In this document: piece by piece, positions 18,436 through 28,029 of the stretch
Position numbering within the stretch: the first letter of the stretch is position 1
Layout: every line of letters starts with the position of its first letter
Assembly (NCBI GenBank): GCA_964399865.1
Contig: CAYNRJ010000001.1
Location: 546,285-610,284 of the forward strand
DNA: 64,000 nucleotides
Origin: an uncultured Candidatus Saccharibacteria bacterium
GTDB taxonomy: Bacteria > Patescibacteriota > Minisyncoccia > Phycocordibacterales > UBA2100
Direction: 5' to 3'
Position numbers and translations under genes: made by a program
Notes under the pieces: model-generated
Told to the model about the DNA's origin: nothing
Seen by the model: the letters and a program-made list of their open reading frames with translations, nothing else
Databases searched by the model: none

Positions 18436-18789
18436 GTGAAGCAGTATCTTGGAGTTGTCGAGAAAGGTAAGAAGCGGGCGACACCGCTCGGTTTCCCGAC
18501 GGTTAATATAAAACTGGAAGATGCGACAACATCAGGTATTTATACTGCGCGGGTGAAGGTGGGGGAGGAAGAATATAGCGCTGCGGCATTTGCAGATCCA
18601 AGGAGGAAGCTCCTCGAGGCGTATATGTTGGATTTTTCGCCGCGTGAACTGTACGGGGAAGAAATTACGATCGAGCTTTTCGAAAAAATCCGCGACAGCG
18701 AAATGTTCGAAAATGATACGAAACTTCGTGCCGCGATAGACGCTGATGTTAAAAAGGTACGAGAGTATTTTAAGAATCACACGATATGA
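18436..18789 (+). CDS. Stand-alone riboflavin kinase (RibF C-terminal domain)
   Basis: [30 protein letters not shown] and KIRD...F motifs. Confidence 0.88.
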   Translation: MKQYLGVVEKGKKRATPLGFPTVNIKLEDATTSGIYTARVKVGEEEYSAAAFADPRRKLLEAYMLDFSPRELYGEEITIELFEKIRDSEMFENDTKLRAAIDADVKKVREYFKNHTI

Positions 18790-19220
18790 CTCGCATTATG
18801 GTGTTCGGGACATTCGACATGATCCACAAGGGTCATGAAGATTTCTTTCGCCAAGCACGCTCTCTTGCGCTCGATCCGCACCTCATTGTTTCGATTGCCA
18901 GAGATTCTTCTGTCACACGTATCAAAGGGGCGCAGCCGCGGAATCGTGAGGATGAACGTTTGGCGCTCGTCGCTGCGAATCCATTTGTAGATAAAGCTGT
19001 GCTCGGAGATACGAGTGGGTATGTAGGGCATATTCGGGAAAATGCACCAGCCATTATTGCGCTCGGGTATGATCAACGAGGAGAGTATGTTGATCATCTT
19101 GAGGAGGATTTGAAAAAGGCAGGACTTAATATTCGTATCGAGAGATTGAAACCATACAAACCCGAGGAATATAAGACGTCGAAGCTCTCGAAACGAGATG
19201 ATGGTACACTAGCGCCATGA
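18786..19220 (+). CDS. Cytidylyltransferase-family protein, probable RibL-type FAD synthase
   Basis: [11 protein letters not shown] (HxGH), IVSIARD, IALGYDQ and YKTSK motifs; overlaps the kinase stop. Confidence 0.8.
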   Translation: MTRIMVFGTFDMIHKGHEDFFRQARSLALDPHLIVSIARDSSVTRIKGAQPRNREDERLALVAANPFVDKAVLGDTSGYVGHIRENAPAIIALGYDQRGEYVDHLEEDLKKAGLNIRIERLKPYKPEEYKTSKLSKRDDGTLAP

Positions 19221-19600
19221 AATATCTTGGTATTGATTACGGAGCGCACTCTGTTGGTTTCGCTGTTTCCGATAGCGGCGGCATGATCGCGTTCCCACAC
19301 GATGTCGTGCCAAACAACCAAACACTTCTCCCGTTCATTCTGGAGCGCATCGAAAAAGAGCGGATAGGAGCAATTGTGGTAGGCGACACACGCGTGCTTT
19401 CAGGGGCAGCGAACCCCATCACTGCAGAAGCGGATGAATTCATAAAAGTTCTGAGAGAGAAAGCGGGAATACCCGTTGAGACGATTTGGGAGATGTGGAG
19501 TTCGATTGAGGCATCACGATTTGCCCCAAAAGGGGAAGAACACAATGACGCTTCGGCTGCGGCTGTGATCTTACAGCGATACTTGGATTCCAAGAGCTAA
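19217..19600 (+). CDS. ruvX: YqgF/RuvX pre-16S rRNA nuclease
   Basis: YLGIDYG..VGFAVSD, IWEMWSS and [14 protein letters not shown] motifs. Confidence 0.88.
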   Translation: MKYLGIDYGAHSVGFAVSDSGGMIAFPHDVVPNNQTLLPFILERIEKERIGAIVVGDTRVLSGAANPITAEADEFIKVLREKAGIPVETIWEMWSSIEASRFAPKGEEHNDASAAAVILQRYLDSKS

Positions 19601-19618
19601 TCCTTTAGAGTGTCACCT

Positions 19619-19951
19619 ATGACTGATCAAATCTCGTACAATGATTTTGCAAAGCTCGATATCCGCGTCGGCACGGTACTCGCGGCCGAACTTGTACCAG
19701 AAACAGATAAACTTATTAAATGCACGATTGATTTTGGAGAACTCGGACAGAGAACCATCGTTTCGGGGATTGCAGAGTGGAAACGTCCGGAAGAACTCGT
19801 GGGGCGCCAACTGCCATACATCGTGAATCTTATTCCGAGAATGCTCCGCGGCGTGGAAAGTCAGGGTATGCTTCTTGCGGCGAGTGATGAAATTGGTGTT
19901 GCGCTTATCCAGCCAGAGCGACCGATTCCGCCGGGAACAAAATTACGCTAA
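19619..19951 (+). CDS. tRNA-binding OB-fold protein (MetRS C-terminal/Trbp111/CsaA family)
   Basis: ISYNDFAKLDIRVG, RTIVSGI and GVESQGMLLA motifs. Confidence 0.9.
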   Translation: MTDQISYNDFAKLDIRVGTVLAAELVPETDKLIKCTIDFGELGQRTIVSGIAEWKRPEELVGRQLPYIVNLIPRMLRGVESQGMLLAASDEIGVALIQPERPIPPGTKLR

Positions 19952-19990
19952 GAGCGCTAATTCCTTTTAAAACGTTGATATAATGTGCAC

Positions 19991-21124
19991 ATGCATTTGC
20001 ATGCGCCTTCTGATATTGCCAAACGAGGCAGCTCACTCGCTGGTCTCTTGGACCATTGGTTTCCTGTACCAAAGATGCTGTATCAGCATTCTGCAGGCAT
20101 AGACATTTCAGACTCGTCGATAAAATGGCTACAACTTCGCGGTGCAGAGAATAAGAAAGATCCTATCGTTTCGTGGGGTGAAGTACCCCTTGCGGAAGGA
20201 ATAGTCGTGAATGGTTTCGTAAAAGACGTCCCAGCTCTCGTCGCCGCACTTCAGGATGTTCATAGTAAATCCGGGGGAATAGTAAATGTACATGCAGCGC
20301 TTCCCGAAGAGGCTGCATATATATTCGGCATGCATGTTCCTGGAAATTCGACGCGGAAAAGTGTTCTGAGTACGATTGAATTTGAATTGCCGGCGCGCGT
20401 TCCGATTCCGCCAAATGAAGCGGTGTATGATTTTGACGTTATCGTAAATCACGACGATGGGGGGCAGGAGATCGGGGTAGTAGTGTTCCCGCGCGAGCTT
20501 GCGGAAGGTTACGCTGCAGCGTTCCGTGATGCGGGTCTTCGCTTACTCTCTCTCGAAGTTGAGGCGCGCTCAATTGCTCGTGCTGTCTCGAGCGATTCTG
20601 CCGAAGAGCCGATCACGCTCCTTGTGGATTTTGGGCGCGCGCGCACTGGGTTTGCCATTCTTAAGCGCGGCGTCCCTATATTTACTTCAACGGTGAATGT
20701 GGGCGGCGCAGCTATGACAAGTATTCTCGCGGAGAAACTCTCTCTGTCTAAAGAGGATGCAGAGAGTTTTAAGAACGACAAAGGTTTGCTTGCGGCAGCA
20801 GGTGAGAAATCCCCTACAGCCGAAGCGCTCATTTCTACCGTCTCTGCGCTTGCTGATGAGATCGTGCGTCACTATCATTACTGGGATACGAGGCGAAATG
20901 ATCATGGGGAACGCGTCACTCCTGTCGAGAATGTATTTCTCGTCGGGGGGAACGCAAACCTCAAAGGTCTCGGTGACTACATTTCTGCGCGAGTACAAGC
21001 TCCCGTTGCAAAGCCGAATGTGTGGCGTCATGTGTGCTCATTCGACGAATACATTCCACCGATCGATCGACGCACTTCACTTCAATATGCAACCGCAGTA
21101 GGTCTCGCCCTTCGAGGCGTGTAA
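19991..21124 (+). CDS. pilM: Type IV pilus assembly protein PilM
   Basis: GIDISDSSIK, LLVDFG, FLVGGNANLKGL and YATAVGLALR actin-like motifs. Confidence 0.9.
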   Translation: MHLHAPSDIAKRGSSLAGLLDHWFPVPKMLYQHSAGIDISDSSIKWLQLRGAENKKDPIVSWGEVPLAEGIVVNGFVKDVPALVAALQDVHSKSGGIVNVHAALPEEAAYIFGMHVPGNSTRKSVLSTIEFELPARVPIPPNEAVYDFDVIVNHDDGGQEIGVVVFPRELAEGYAAAFRDAGLRLLSLEVEARSIARAVSSDSAEEPITLLVDFGRARTGFAILKRGVPIFTSTVNVGGAAMTSILAEKLSLSKEDAESFKNDKGLLAAAGEKSPTAEALISTVSALADEIVRHYHYWDTRRNDHGERVTPVENVFLVGGNANLKGLGDYISARVQAPVAKPNVWRHVCSFDEYIPPIDRRTSLQYATAVGLALRGV

Positions 21125-21134
21125 TCATTTTTAT

Positions 21135-21665
21135 ATGTCCAACGTACTTCCTACAGCTTCTCAAAAAGAAATATGGAGTTTCCACAGAGCGAATCTCATT
21201 CTTGTTGGTTCCCTCGTGCTTCTCGCTGGCGCTTGTATTGCACTACTCACACTCGTTCCTAGTGTGATTGCAACGGGTTTCTACGAGGAGAATAAAATCC
21301 AAGAAGGGGATGGTGGATTACTTACTGCAGCTGAAGCCGAAGCAGAGAAAAATGAAATGCTTCGAGCAAAAGCACTCATAACAGCCTTCATGCCACTTGC
21401 TACCTCGACATCTCCATCATTTGAAGCTGTAACGGCTGCTCTCAGCGTGCGTCCGAAGGGTGCTTTGGTGACGGAGATCAGGTACTCAAAACTCGACGCT
21501 GGAACAATAGTTATAAATGGGACTGCAACAGATCGCGCAACGATCAGTGCGTACCGTAATGCGCTCGATGAGATTCCTTCTTTCAAAACCGTCACCGTCC
21601 CTGTAGGTGTTTTCGCTGGAGCGGAAGGCGGTAAATTCTCAATAACTCTGACCGGCGCATTTTAA
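21135..21665 (+). CDS. PilN-like protein
   Basis: NVLP N-terminal motif, TM, periplasmic ferredoxin-like segment; follows pilM. Confidence 0.75.
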   Translation: MSNVLPTASQKEIWSFHRANLILVGSLVLLAGACIALLTLVPSVIATGFYEENKIQEGDGGLLTAAEAEAEKNEMLRAKALITAFMPLATSTSPSFEAVTAALSVRPKGALVTEIRYSKLDAGTIVINGTATDRATISAYRNALDEIPSFKTVTVPVGVFAGAEGGKFSITLTGAF

Positions 21666-21670
21666 AATAT

Positions 21671-22231
21671 ATGCTTTCTCGGAAGAAAAATTACATATCA
21701 ATGCTCGCCCTACTCATCGCGCTATCCATGTGGGGTCTTGTCGGGTATCTCAGTTGGACGCTTTCGGGGAAGATGGCTGCGCACATGTCAGAACAAGTTT
21801 CCGTAGGAGTGGGCGAGCAAGACATAGAAAGTGCGATTCGAGTACGTACCCTTGCTCGCGAGACAAAAGATCTGCGTACGGATTTGGAAACGAACGCGAA
21901 TCGTGAGGCGATTTCAATTGTGGAATCAATTGAAGCAATCGAGAAGGATGCAGGCGTCGACATCACAATTGGTGAGGTCCTGAGTGAGCCCACAAAGACA
22001 GCTGCTTCTCCTACAGTGCCATCTCTTCGCACCATAGGCATAGCAGTGGAGGCCATGGGTAGCTTCCGCGAGGTTATGCATGCAGCGGCGCTCATTCACT
22101 CTCTTCCCGTGCCTTCGGTCGTAAAGTCGATGCAGTTCGAACGTTTGTCGGGGGATGGAATTTCTGCAGGAAACGAGTGGAGATTAGTAACTGAACTTCG
22201 AGTGAGTACGATTGCTGATATTTCATCATGA
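21671..22231 (+). CDS. PilO-like protein
   Basis: TM plus coil plus GSFREV..LIHSLP segment; operon position. Confidence 0.65.
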   Translation: MLSRKKNYISMLALLIALSMWGLVGYLSWTLSGKMAAHMSEQVSVGVGEQDIESAIRVRTLARETKDLRTDLETNANREAISIVESIEAIEKDAGVDITIGEVLSEPTKTAASPTVPSLRTIGIAVEAMGSFREVMHAAALIHSLPVPSVVKSMQFERLSGDGISAGNEWRLVTELRVSTIADISS

Positions 22232-22563
22232 AATTCTCCCATTCACACTGGAATAAAGTGAGAGACGCATATGCCAATCGGACGGAGCCCGAATCTTTCC
22301 GTATTCTTGCGCGAGTGTACTGGCACGCGCTTTTATATGTGACCACATGCATAGTGCTTATCGCCGTATCATACGGATTGTGGCAACTCGTTGCGGTTTT
22401 CAGTGGCCCGAAAGAGAGCCCCGTCTTGGTTTCAAGTGAAGCTAGCCCCCCTCTCATTAATCGTACTCAGCTTGAGACTACAGTGCAGGGTTTTAAAGAT
22501 CGACAGGCAAAATACGAATTCTTGAAATCGAATCCGCCTCAACTGTCCGATCCTTCGAGATAA
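22228..22563 (+). CDS. Single-TM protein, last gene of the pilMNO operon
   Basis: Overlaps the upstream stop; one TM; C-terminal DP motif. Confidence 0.65.
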   Translation: MKFSHSHWNKVRDAYANRTEPESFRILARVYWHALLYVTTCIVLIAVSYGLWQLVAVFSGPKESPVLVSSEASPPLINRTQLETTVQGFKDRQAKYEFLKSNPPQLSDPSR

Positions 22564-22641
22564 AACGTGTATCGCGTTCACTTCCGTGAATGTGTTCGGA
22601 AAAATAAAGAATACGTAGTATTCTTTCATTGTTCATACAGA

Positions 22642-22716
22642 GCCCCTATAGCTCAATGGATAGAGCAGCGCTCTTCTAAGGCGTTGATCTAGGTTCGACT
22701 CCTGGTAGGGGCACCA
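22642..22716 (+). tRNA. tRNA-Arg(UCU), CCA encoded
   Basis: GCCCCTA acceptor, GCGCT-CTTCTAA-GGCGT, TTCGACT, TAGGGGC-A-CCA. Confidence 0.95.
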
Positions 22717-22753
22717 CAAATAAAAACCGATCGGTTTTTATTTGTGGTGCCCC
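22708..22753. repeat. Perfect 46-bp palindrome including the tRNA-Arg 3' end
   Basis: GGGGCACCACAAATAAAAACCGA/TCGGTTTTTATTTGTGGTGCCCC. Confidence 0.9.
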
Positions 22754-22781
22754 GCAAGACAGGGTACAGTGCAAATTTGAA

Positions 22782-22854
22782 GCACCCTTAGCTCAGTTGG
22801 TAGAGCAACCCCTTTACACGGGGAAGGTCGTAGGTTCGAGTCCTACAGGGTGCA
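22782..22854 (+). tRNA. tRNA-Val(UAC)
   Basis: GCACCCT acceptor, TTTACAC loop, TTCGAGT, AGGGTGC-A. Confidence 0.95.
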
Positions 22855-23080
22855 CAAAAGACACAAACATCCCGCCTTCGCGGGATTTTGTGCTTTTGTG
22901 CAAGACGCAGCGTTGTGAGGCAAGCTTGCCGAACCGCGAGTCGGGGTCGAGAAAATGCGATTGCGACGGCAAGCGCATTATTCGTGACCACAAAAGGGTC
23001 CGATCTCAAAAAGAGGCTTCAATACATGCCGTATTGTTTTCTTAATGAGTGAATGGTATAGTGCCGCGACACTAAAAAGT

Positions 23081-23539
23081 ATGGCAACTGCAGTAAAAAC
23101 ATCACCAGTTGATATGGCCGCGCGAAAGGCTATAGACCTCCGACCAGGGGACACTGTTCGCGTATTCCAGAAAATTGAAGAAGAAAAAGGTAAGTACCGC
23201 CTCCAAGCATTTGAAGGACTCGTTCTCGCCAGAAAGCACGGTGCTGAAGCAGGTGCGACTTTCACCGTTCGTCGTGTTGCAAGTGGTGTTGGCGTAGAAA
23301 AGATCTTCCCGCTCTATTCTCCGATGATAGACCATATCGAAATCGTCAAAAGAACTCTTGTTCGCCGTGCAAAGCTTTACTACATCCGCGATAAAGTCGC
23401 GCGTGAAGCTCGTCGTCAGTTACGTCGTACTCGTATGATGACTCCAGCGGAATTGGAGACAGTCACACCAGAAACGCTAGAGAAGAAAGATTCCTCGGCT
23501 GAATCGGTAGCCGTTGGAAAAGAAGCAAAAGCAGAGTAA
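23081..23539 (+). CDS. rplS: 50S ribosomal protein L19
   Basis: LRPGDTVRV, RLQAFEGLV, GVGVEKIFPLYSP and VRRAKLYYIR motifs. Confidence 0.97.
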   Translation: MATAVKTSPVDMAARKAIDLRPGDTVRVFQKIEEEKGKYRLQAFEGLVLARKHGAEAGATFTVRRVASGVGVEKIFPLYSPMIDHIEIVKRTLVRRAKLYYIRDKVAREARRQLRRTRMMTPAELETVTPETLEKKDSSAESVAVGKEAKAE

Positions 23540-23551
23540 CATAGGCCTCAC

Positions 23552-23635
23552 GCGCAGGTGGCGAAATTGGTAGACGTACTACCTTGAGGTGGTAGCGCCC
23601 GCAAGGGCTTGGGGGTTCGAGTCCCCCCCTGCGCA
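23552..23635 (+). tRNA. tRNA-Leu(GAG)
   Basis: GCGCAGG acceptor, CTACC-TTGAGGT-GGTAG, variable arm, TTCGAGT; hairpin at ~23642-23671. Confidence 0.95.
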
Positions 23636-23672
23636 CTCAAAGCATAGGCGCCCCGAAAGGGGTGCTTTTGCG

Positions 23673-24413
23673 TTATGACTTGCTTGGCGGGAGGTCAGTC
23701 GCCGGAGGCTCGAAGTATTTCTTTTCTTCAACGTTGCGTATTTCCGATCTTCCATTTTTCCACTCTAAGTCATTGCGTGCGTACACTTTTCGCCAGATTT
23801 CCTGCATTCTATTTACTCCCTCTACCTTGCGAATGTTTATAGCCTCTCGCATATCTCGGTCCAATTCACTGTTGTTCTCTGGCCATCCAATTATGATTCC
23901 TTTAAATCCATTCCTACCCACTTGATCTGAATTTCTATAAAACAGACACCAATACTGGTACCCTCCAAAATTATTCACCGTTAGCACACGGCCGTTCTCT
24001 TCCAGTATTTTTAATGCCTCCCGATCGGAGCGCAGTTCAATCATTTCTAACCCACCGCCATGTGTGTCATCACTAAATTCAGGCGCTTCTCCGTAGACAG
24101 GTTTCCCGTCCGGACCAATGGTAATCTCAAAAGAACAGGCTTGTGTAAGACCATCTCCGGTACCGACAATTGCAATACGAACTCCCGGAGTTCGGAGGAT
24201 CTCGTTTGCGGAAAGTACCTCAGAGTCACGAGTTCCTTCCCGTACCGTTGCGGGTGTCTGAGAGCGGAGCTTTTGTAGTCTCGCGATGAGATCCGCGAGG
24301 TCGTCCTTAGTGACATCACCCAAAATCATCTTCTCTCGTACCTCTTGTACGATGTGGTCTGCCACGGTGAGCTCACGAGGCTTTTCTGGCTTAAAGTTCT
24401 CCCCGTTGTTCAT
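23673..24413 (-). CDS. Orphan soluble protein
   Basis: 246-aa ORF with TAGAAT 6 nt before the ATG; no recognised motif. Confidence 0.65.
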   Translation of the reverse strand: MNNGENFKPEKPRELTVADHIVQEVREKMILGDVTKDDLADLIARLQKLRSQTPATVREGTRDSEVLSANEILRTPGVRIAIVGTGDGLTQACSFEITIGPDGKPVYGEAPEFSDDTHGGGLEMIELRSDREALKILEENGRVLTVNNFGGYQYWCLFYRNSDQVGRNGFKGIIIGWPENNSELDRDMREAINIRKVEGVNRMQEIWRKVYARNDLEWKNGRSEIRNVEEKKYFEPPATDLPPSKS

Positions 24414-24469
24414 GCCTGCATTCTATCAAGAACATGAAGGTATTGAATGGGATTTGTTATGATTGCCGC

Positions 24470-25030
24470 ATGGCTCTATTTACAGGAAAAGGTGATCAAG
24501 GCACGACAAAACTTTTTGATTCTCCTCAAGGAGTACGTGTTTCCAAATCATCCCCGATATTTGAATGTTTAGGGCAGCTCGATGAGTTGAATACTCTTAC
24601 AGGTTGGTGCAAAGTCGCATGCCCAAATGACTTTGTTGTAGAAGGTCGGCCAGGCAAAGAAATCCTTCACGAAGTACAGGACCACCTCTTTACGATCCAG
24701 GCAGAAGTTGCCGGCGCTCCGAAATCAGTACCGCAAGCAAGCATAGAAGCCCTCAGTGCGCTTATAAACAACATTGAGAAAGAGCTGCCGGAAATAAAAA
24801 CTTTTTTCGTTCCTGGTGGAACTGAATTTTCTGCACGACTCGACGTTACTCGCGCAGTTTCAAGAAGGGCAGAGCGGCGGCTTGTCACGCTCCACGAGGG
24901 AGGGGAACGTGCGGTGTCGGAATCTAGTCGTGCGTATGCCAATCGACTCTCATCTCTTTTTTATGCTCTGACCCGTTTGGTTAATCATCGTGCGGGCGCT
25001 CCAGAAAGCGTACCCAACTATCGCTCATGA
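24470..25030 (+). CDS. PduO-type cob(I)alamin adenosyltransferase family
   Basis: FTGKGDQGTT, GQLDELN, FFVPGG, RAVSRRAER and YANRLSSLFY motifs. Confidence 0.9.
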   Translation: MALFTGKGDQGTTKLFDSPQGVRVSKSSPIFECLGQLDELNTLTGWCKVACPNDFVVEGRPGKEILHEVQDHLFTIQAEVAGAPKSVPQASIEALSALINNIEKELPEIKTFFVPGGTEFSARLDVTRAVSRRAERRLVTLHEGGERAVSESSRAYANRLSSLFYALTRLVNHRAGAPESVPNYRS

Positions 25031-26127
25031 TGATTAGAAAATATTTGCCATCTAGTATAGAGGAGCTCATCGTATGGTACGAGCGTCGCGTCGCACCGTT
25101 CGCCCTCCTTGCAGGCTTTCTGATGGACAACATCTTCTTTCGTTCGGTGAACCTCTGGACGGCGACCATTGCTTTCATGCTGTATCTTCTCCTCGCCCTC
25201 ACCGGTATTTTTCTCCTCAACCTCGTAGAAAGCGGTCGTGTTACGAAGCCGTTTCTACTAAAAACTGCGCAATTTTTGCCGGTCATCATTCAATTCGCAT
25301 TCGGCGCCATCTTCAGTGGCTTTTTTGTTCTCTATAGTCAGAGCGCAACGGTCGCTGTAAGTTGGGGCTCTGTCGTTATTCTTGCGCTCTTACTTATAGG
25401 GAACGAACGATTTAGGCGACGCTACAGAAGATTTCCGTTCCAGGTAGGAATTCTTTTCACCACTCTTCTCGGCTTCCTTATTTTCTTCGTGCCGCTCGTA
25501 GTAAAACGAATCGGTCCTGAAATATTTCTCATCACCTGCGTTCTCAGCATCGTATTGATCGCGCTCTATATAAAAGGCATGCGTCGCATGATGCCAGAGC
25601 TCGTCACGACCAACCTGAAGACCACAGCGCGAATTATTGCCGGGGTCCTTACGGTATTTATGGTGCTCTACTTTACGAATGCGATCCCACCACTACCGCT
25701 TGCATTAAAAGATGAAGGTGTGTATCACAGAGTTGAACGAGTGGGTACAGAATATCGCGCTCAGCACGAAGTGCTCCCGTGGTACCGTAGGTATTTACCA
25801 CTGCGCGAACAATTCCATCGTGCGCCCGGAGAATCAATGTACGCATTCAGCGCAGTGTTCGCGCCCTCAGGTCTGACCACGACCATCTATCACGAATGGC
25901 AGCATCACAACGATATTTCAGGAGAGTGGGTCACGATATCGAAGGTCAAATTCGCTATTGTGGGCGGACGAGACGGCGGCTATCGAGGATTCTCACTCTC
26001 ATCAAGCCCACTCGCAGGTAAATGGAGGGTGAACGTTATTACAGAGTATGGACAGGTGATCGGACGCATATCATTCACTGTCATTGATGTAGATGAGAAG
26101 GTCGAATTCGTCGAGGAAGTGTTTTAA
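25027..26127 (+). CDS. Multi-TM protein with DUF2914-like C-terminal domain
   Basis: About 7 TM, then AFSAVFAP, GGRDGGYRG and GKWRVNV segments. Confidence 0.75.
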   Translation: MMIRKYLPSSIEELIVWYERRVAPFALLAGFLMDNIFFRSVNLWTATIAFMLYLLLALTGIFLLNLVESGRVTKPFLLKTAQFLPVIIQFAFGAIFSGFFVLYSQSATVAVSWGSVVILALLLIGNERFRRRYRRFPFQVGILFTTLLGFLIFFVPLVVKRIGPEIFLITCVLSIVLIALYIKGMRRMMPELVTTNLKTTARIIAGVLTVFMVLYFTNAIPPLPLALKDEGVYHRVERVGTEYRAQHEVLPWYRRYLPLREQFHRAPGESMYAFSAVFAPSGLTTTIYHEWQHHNDISGEWVTISKVKFAIVGGRDGGYRGFSLSSSPLAGKWRVNVITEYGQVIGRISFTVIDVDEKVEFVEEVF

Positions 26128-26180
26128 ATTTTCTCGCGCGAGAGCCCTCAATTTGGTATAACTCACATGTTTGAGGGGAT

Positions 26181-26253
26181 GGCGATCGTGGTGTAAAGGT
26201 TAACACTGGAGCTTGTGGAGCTCTCAATCCGGGTTCGATTCCCGGCGATCGCC
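26181..26253 (+). tRNA. tRNA-His(GUG) with encoded G-1
   Basis: 8-bp acceptor GGCGATCG/CGATCGCC, TTGTGGA loop. Confidence 0.94.
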
Positions 26254-26259
26254 CTGAAA

Positions 26260-27294
26260 TTAAGTGTTCTGCGAATGAATGGGCGCTTGGTGTTCAATGA
26301 ATTTCTCGATTGAAATACCCCACGTGTATTGAAGGGCTTTTTTCCTACACGCATCTTTAGAAAGAGTCAGGCATTTTGTAGCGGCGTCGCCAAGATCTTC
26401 TGATATGTATCCGTCGACTCCTTCTGTGAGGACATTTTTTGGGCCAATCACATCGTGTCCTGCGACAGGTAAGCCGCATGCGAGAGCCTCTAGTACTGTT
26501 AATCCGAATGTCTCCGTTCGCGATGGAAACACAAATACGTCACACACAGATAGCCAGTCGACGAGCTCTTGTCCCTTTTTGTACCCCACGAACTTTACGT
26601 CAGGTGCTGCACGTTTCTCTAAAAATGAGCGGTTTGGACCATCTCCGATGACGACCTTGCTTCCGGATATCTTTGCGTCCAAAAATTCTTCTACACTTTT
26701 CTCCTTAGCCAACCTCCCAAAATATACAAAAATAGGCCGCGGCAGATTCGGAGTAACAGAACTCGCCTCGTTTCTCTTAAAGAATTCTGTATCAACACCA
26801 AAAGGCCACACGACTAAGTGTTTGTAGCCGCGTCCTTCCAGCTCGTCTCGCAAGATCTCGTTACTTACAAGTGTTTTCACCGCAGCGCCATGGAACCAGC
26901 GCATATACAGATCTGCAAAATATCCAGCGATAGGACCAAGGATCCCTAAATAGTATCTCGCATATAGTCGGAAGTTGGTGTGGTAAGCCGTTGTGAAAGG
27001 GATATTGTTTTTCAAGCAGAATCGGCGGGCGCTCAGTCCTATGGTCCACTCTACGGCAATATGCACGAAATCCGGTCTCGTCTCCTCGAATATTTGTTTA
27101 ATTTTTTTACCCGGAAAAAGGGCTAACGGTACTTCCGGATAAAAAGGGGACGGAATAGTTTTAAAAAGTTCCGGGTGGATGACGACAATTTTCCAATTTT
27201 TCTTTTCTAGGTTTGTTACTAATCTCGAAAGGATAATCGCGGCGCCATTTACCTGCGGAGACCATGCGTCGGTAACGAGTAGGAGAGTTTTCAT
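26260..27294 (-). CDS. GT4 glycosyltransferase
   Basis: VTDAWSPQVNG, GRLAKEK and FVFPSRTETFGLTVLEALACGLPV motifs. Confidence 0.92.
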   Translation of the reverse strand: MKTLLLVTDAWSPQVNGAAIILSRLVTNLEKKNWKIVVIHPELFKTIPSPFYPEVPLALFPGKKIKQIFEETRPDFVHIAVEWTIGLSARRFCLKNNIPFTTAYHTNFRLYARYYLGILGPIAGYFADLYMRWFHGAAVKTLVSNEILRDELEGRGYKHLVVWPFGVDTEFFKRNEASSVTPNLPRPIFVYFGRLAKEKSVEEFLDAKISGSKVVIGDGPNRSFLEKRAAPDVKFVGYKKGQELVDWLSVCDVFVFPSRTETFGLTVLEALACGLPVAGHDVIGPKNVLTEGVDGYISEDLGDAATKCLTLSKDACRKKALQYTWGISIEKFIEHQAPIHSQNT

Positions 27295-27299
27295 AAGGA

Positions 27300-27914
27300 C
27301 TATTCCTCAGGTGTGGGTTGCGGCACTGCGGATCTGAACAGTCGTTTGCGGGCATAATGTCCTGCCCCAAACAGAATTCCGAAAATAAGAAGGATAATTC
27401 CGACAGCCGACGCCCACTCCAAGGCATTATTTACTTTTACGACAAGATTACTGATGAAAAATCCAGTTGTGAGGAGCAGTGTAGACCACACGAGTTCTCC
27501 AATAATATTAATGAGAAGAAAGCGCTTGAAGGGAACACGGGATAATCCTGCGGTAAACAAGACAGCAACTGCGAGTCCAAGTCCCGAGGTGACCTTCGAT
27601 ATGAAGAGGATTCTCATATGATATTTATTGAAAAGATTCTTCGCGATGAATATATGGGATTCTGTAACCCCGACATATTTACCAAATCGAGTCGCGAACC
27701 GTTCACCCCAATGGTATCCGATCCAATACCACAGTATGTCTCCAAGAATTGCTCCAACCACTAGTATCGTAAGGGTGGGTATAAATTCCAAGATATCTGC
27801 CCGAATCAATACACCAGCCATCAGGCCTACGATCGGACCGAGCACGAAATTTGCGGGGGCAAGAACCCAGTATTTCCAGGTGAGGAGAAGTTGAGTGAGG
27901 AATTCTGGTCCCAT
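27300..27914 (-). CDS. DedA family membrane protein
   Basis: GAILGDILWYWIG and AGLSRVPFKRF motifs. Confidence 0.88.
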   Translation of the reverse strand: MGPEFLTQLLLTWKYWVLAPANFVLGPIVGLMAGVLIRADILEFIPTLTILVVGAILGDILWYWIGYHWGERFATRFGKYVGVTESHIFIAKNLFNKYHMRILFISKVTSGLGLAVAVLFTAGLSRVPFKRFLLINIIGELVWSTLLLTTGFFISNLVVKVNNALEWASAVGIILLIFGILFGAGHYARKRLFRSAVPQPTPEE

Positions 27915-28029
27915 GACGGTCAGTATACTCGTTGCGAGAGCAGCAATTCATCGGTAATAAACAATTCATACGAACGTCATACTCGTAACGGGCCGTATAA
28001 TGGCCTAAATTATTGATTAATTTATTTAT

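Noticed and set aside
11037-19220. Alternative genetic code (UGA = Gly, code 25)
   Set aside because: Conserved genes are full length under code 11, and several (the TrmH-family gene, riboflavin kinase, FAD synthase) end at TGA at plausible positions.
22717-22990. tRNA-associated HDV-like (theta) ribozyme
   Set aside because: The trailers fold as simple long hairpins and I could not build the nested double pseudoknot by eye.
23552-24413. Genomic island integrated at tRNA-Leu
   Set aside because: No duplicated tRNA 3' end and no integrase; only one orphan gene follows.
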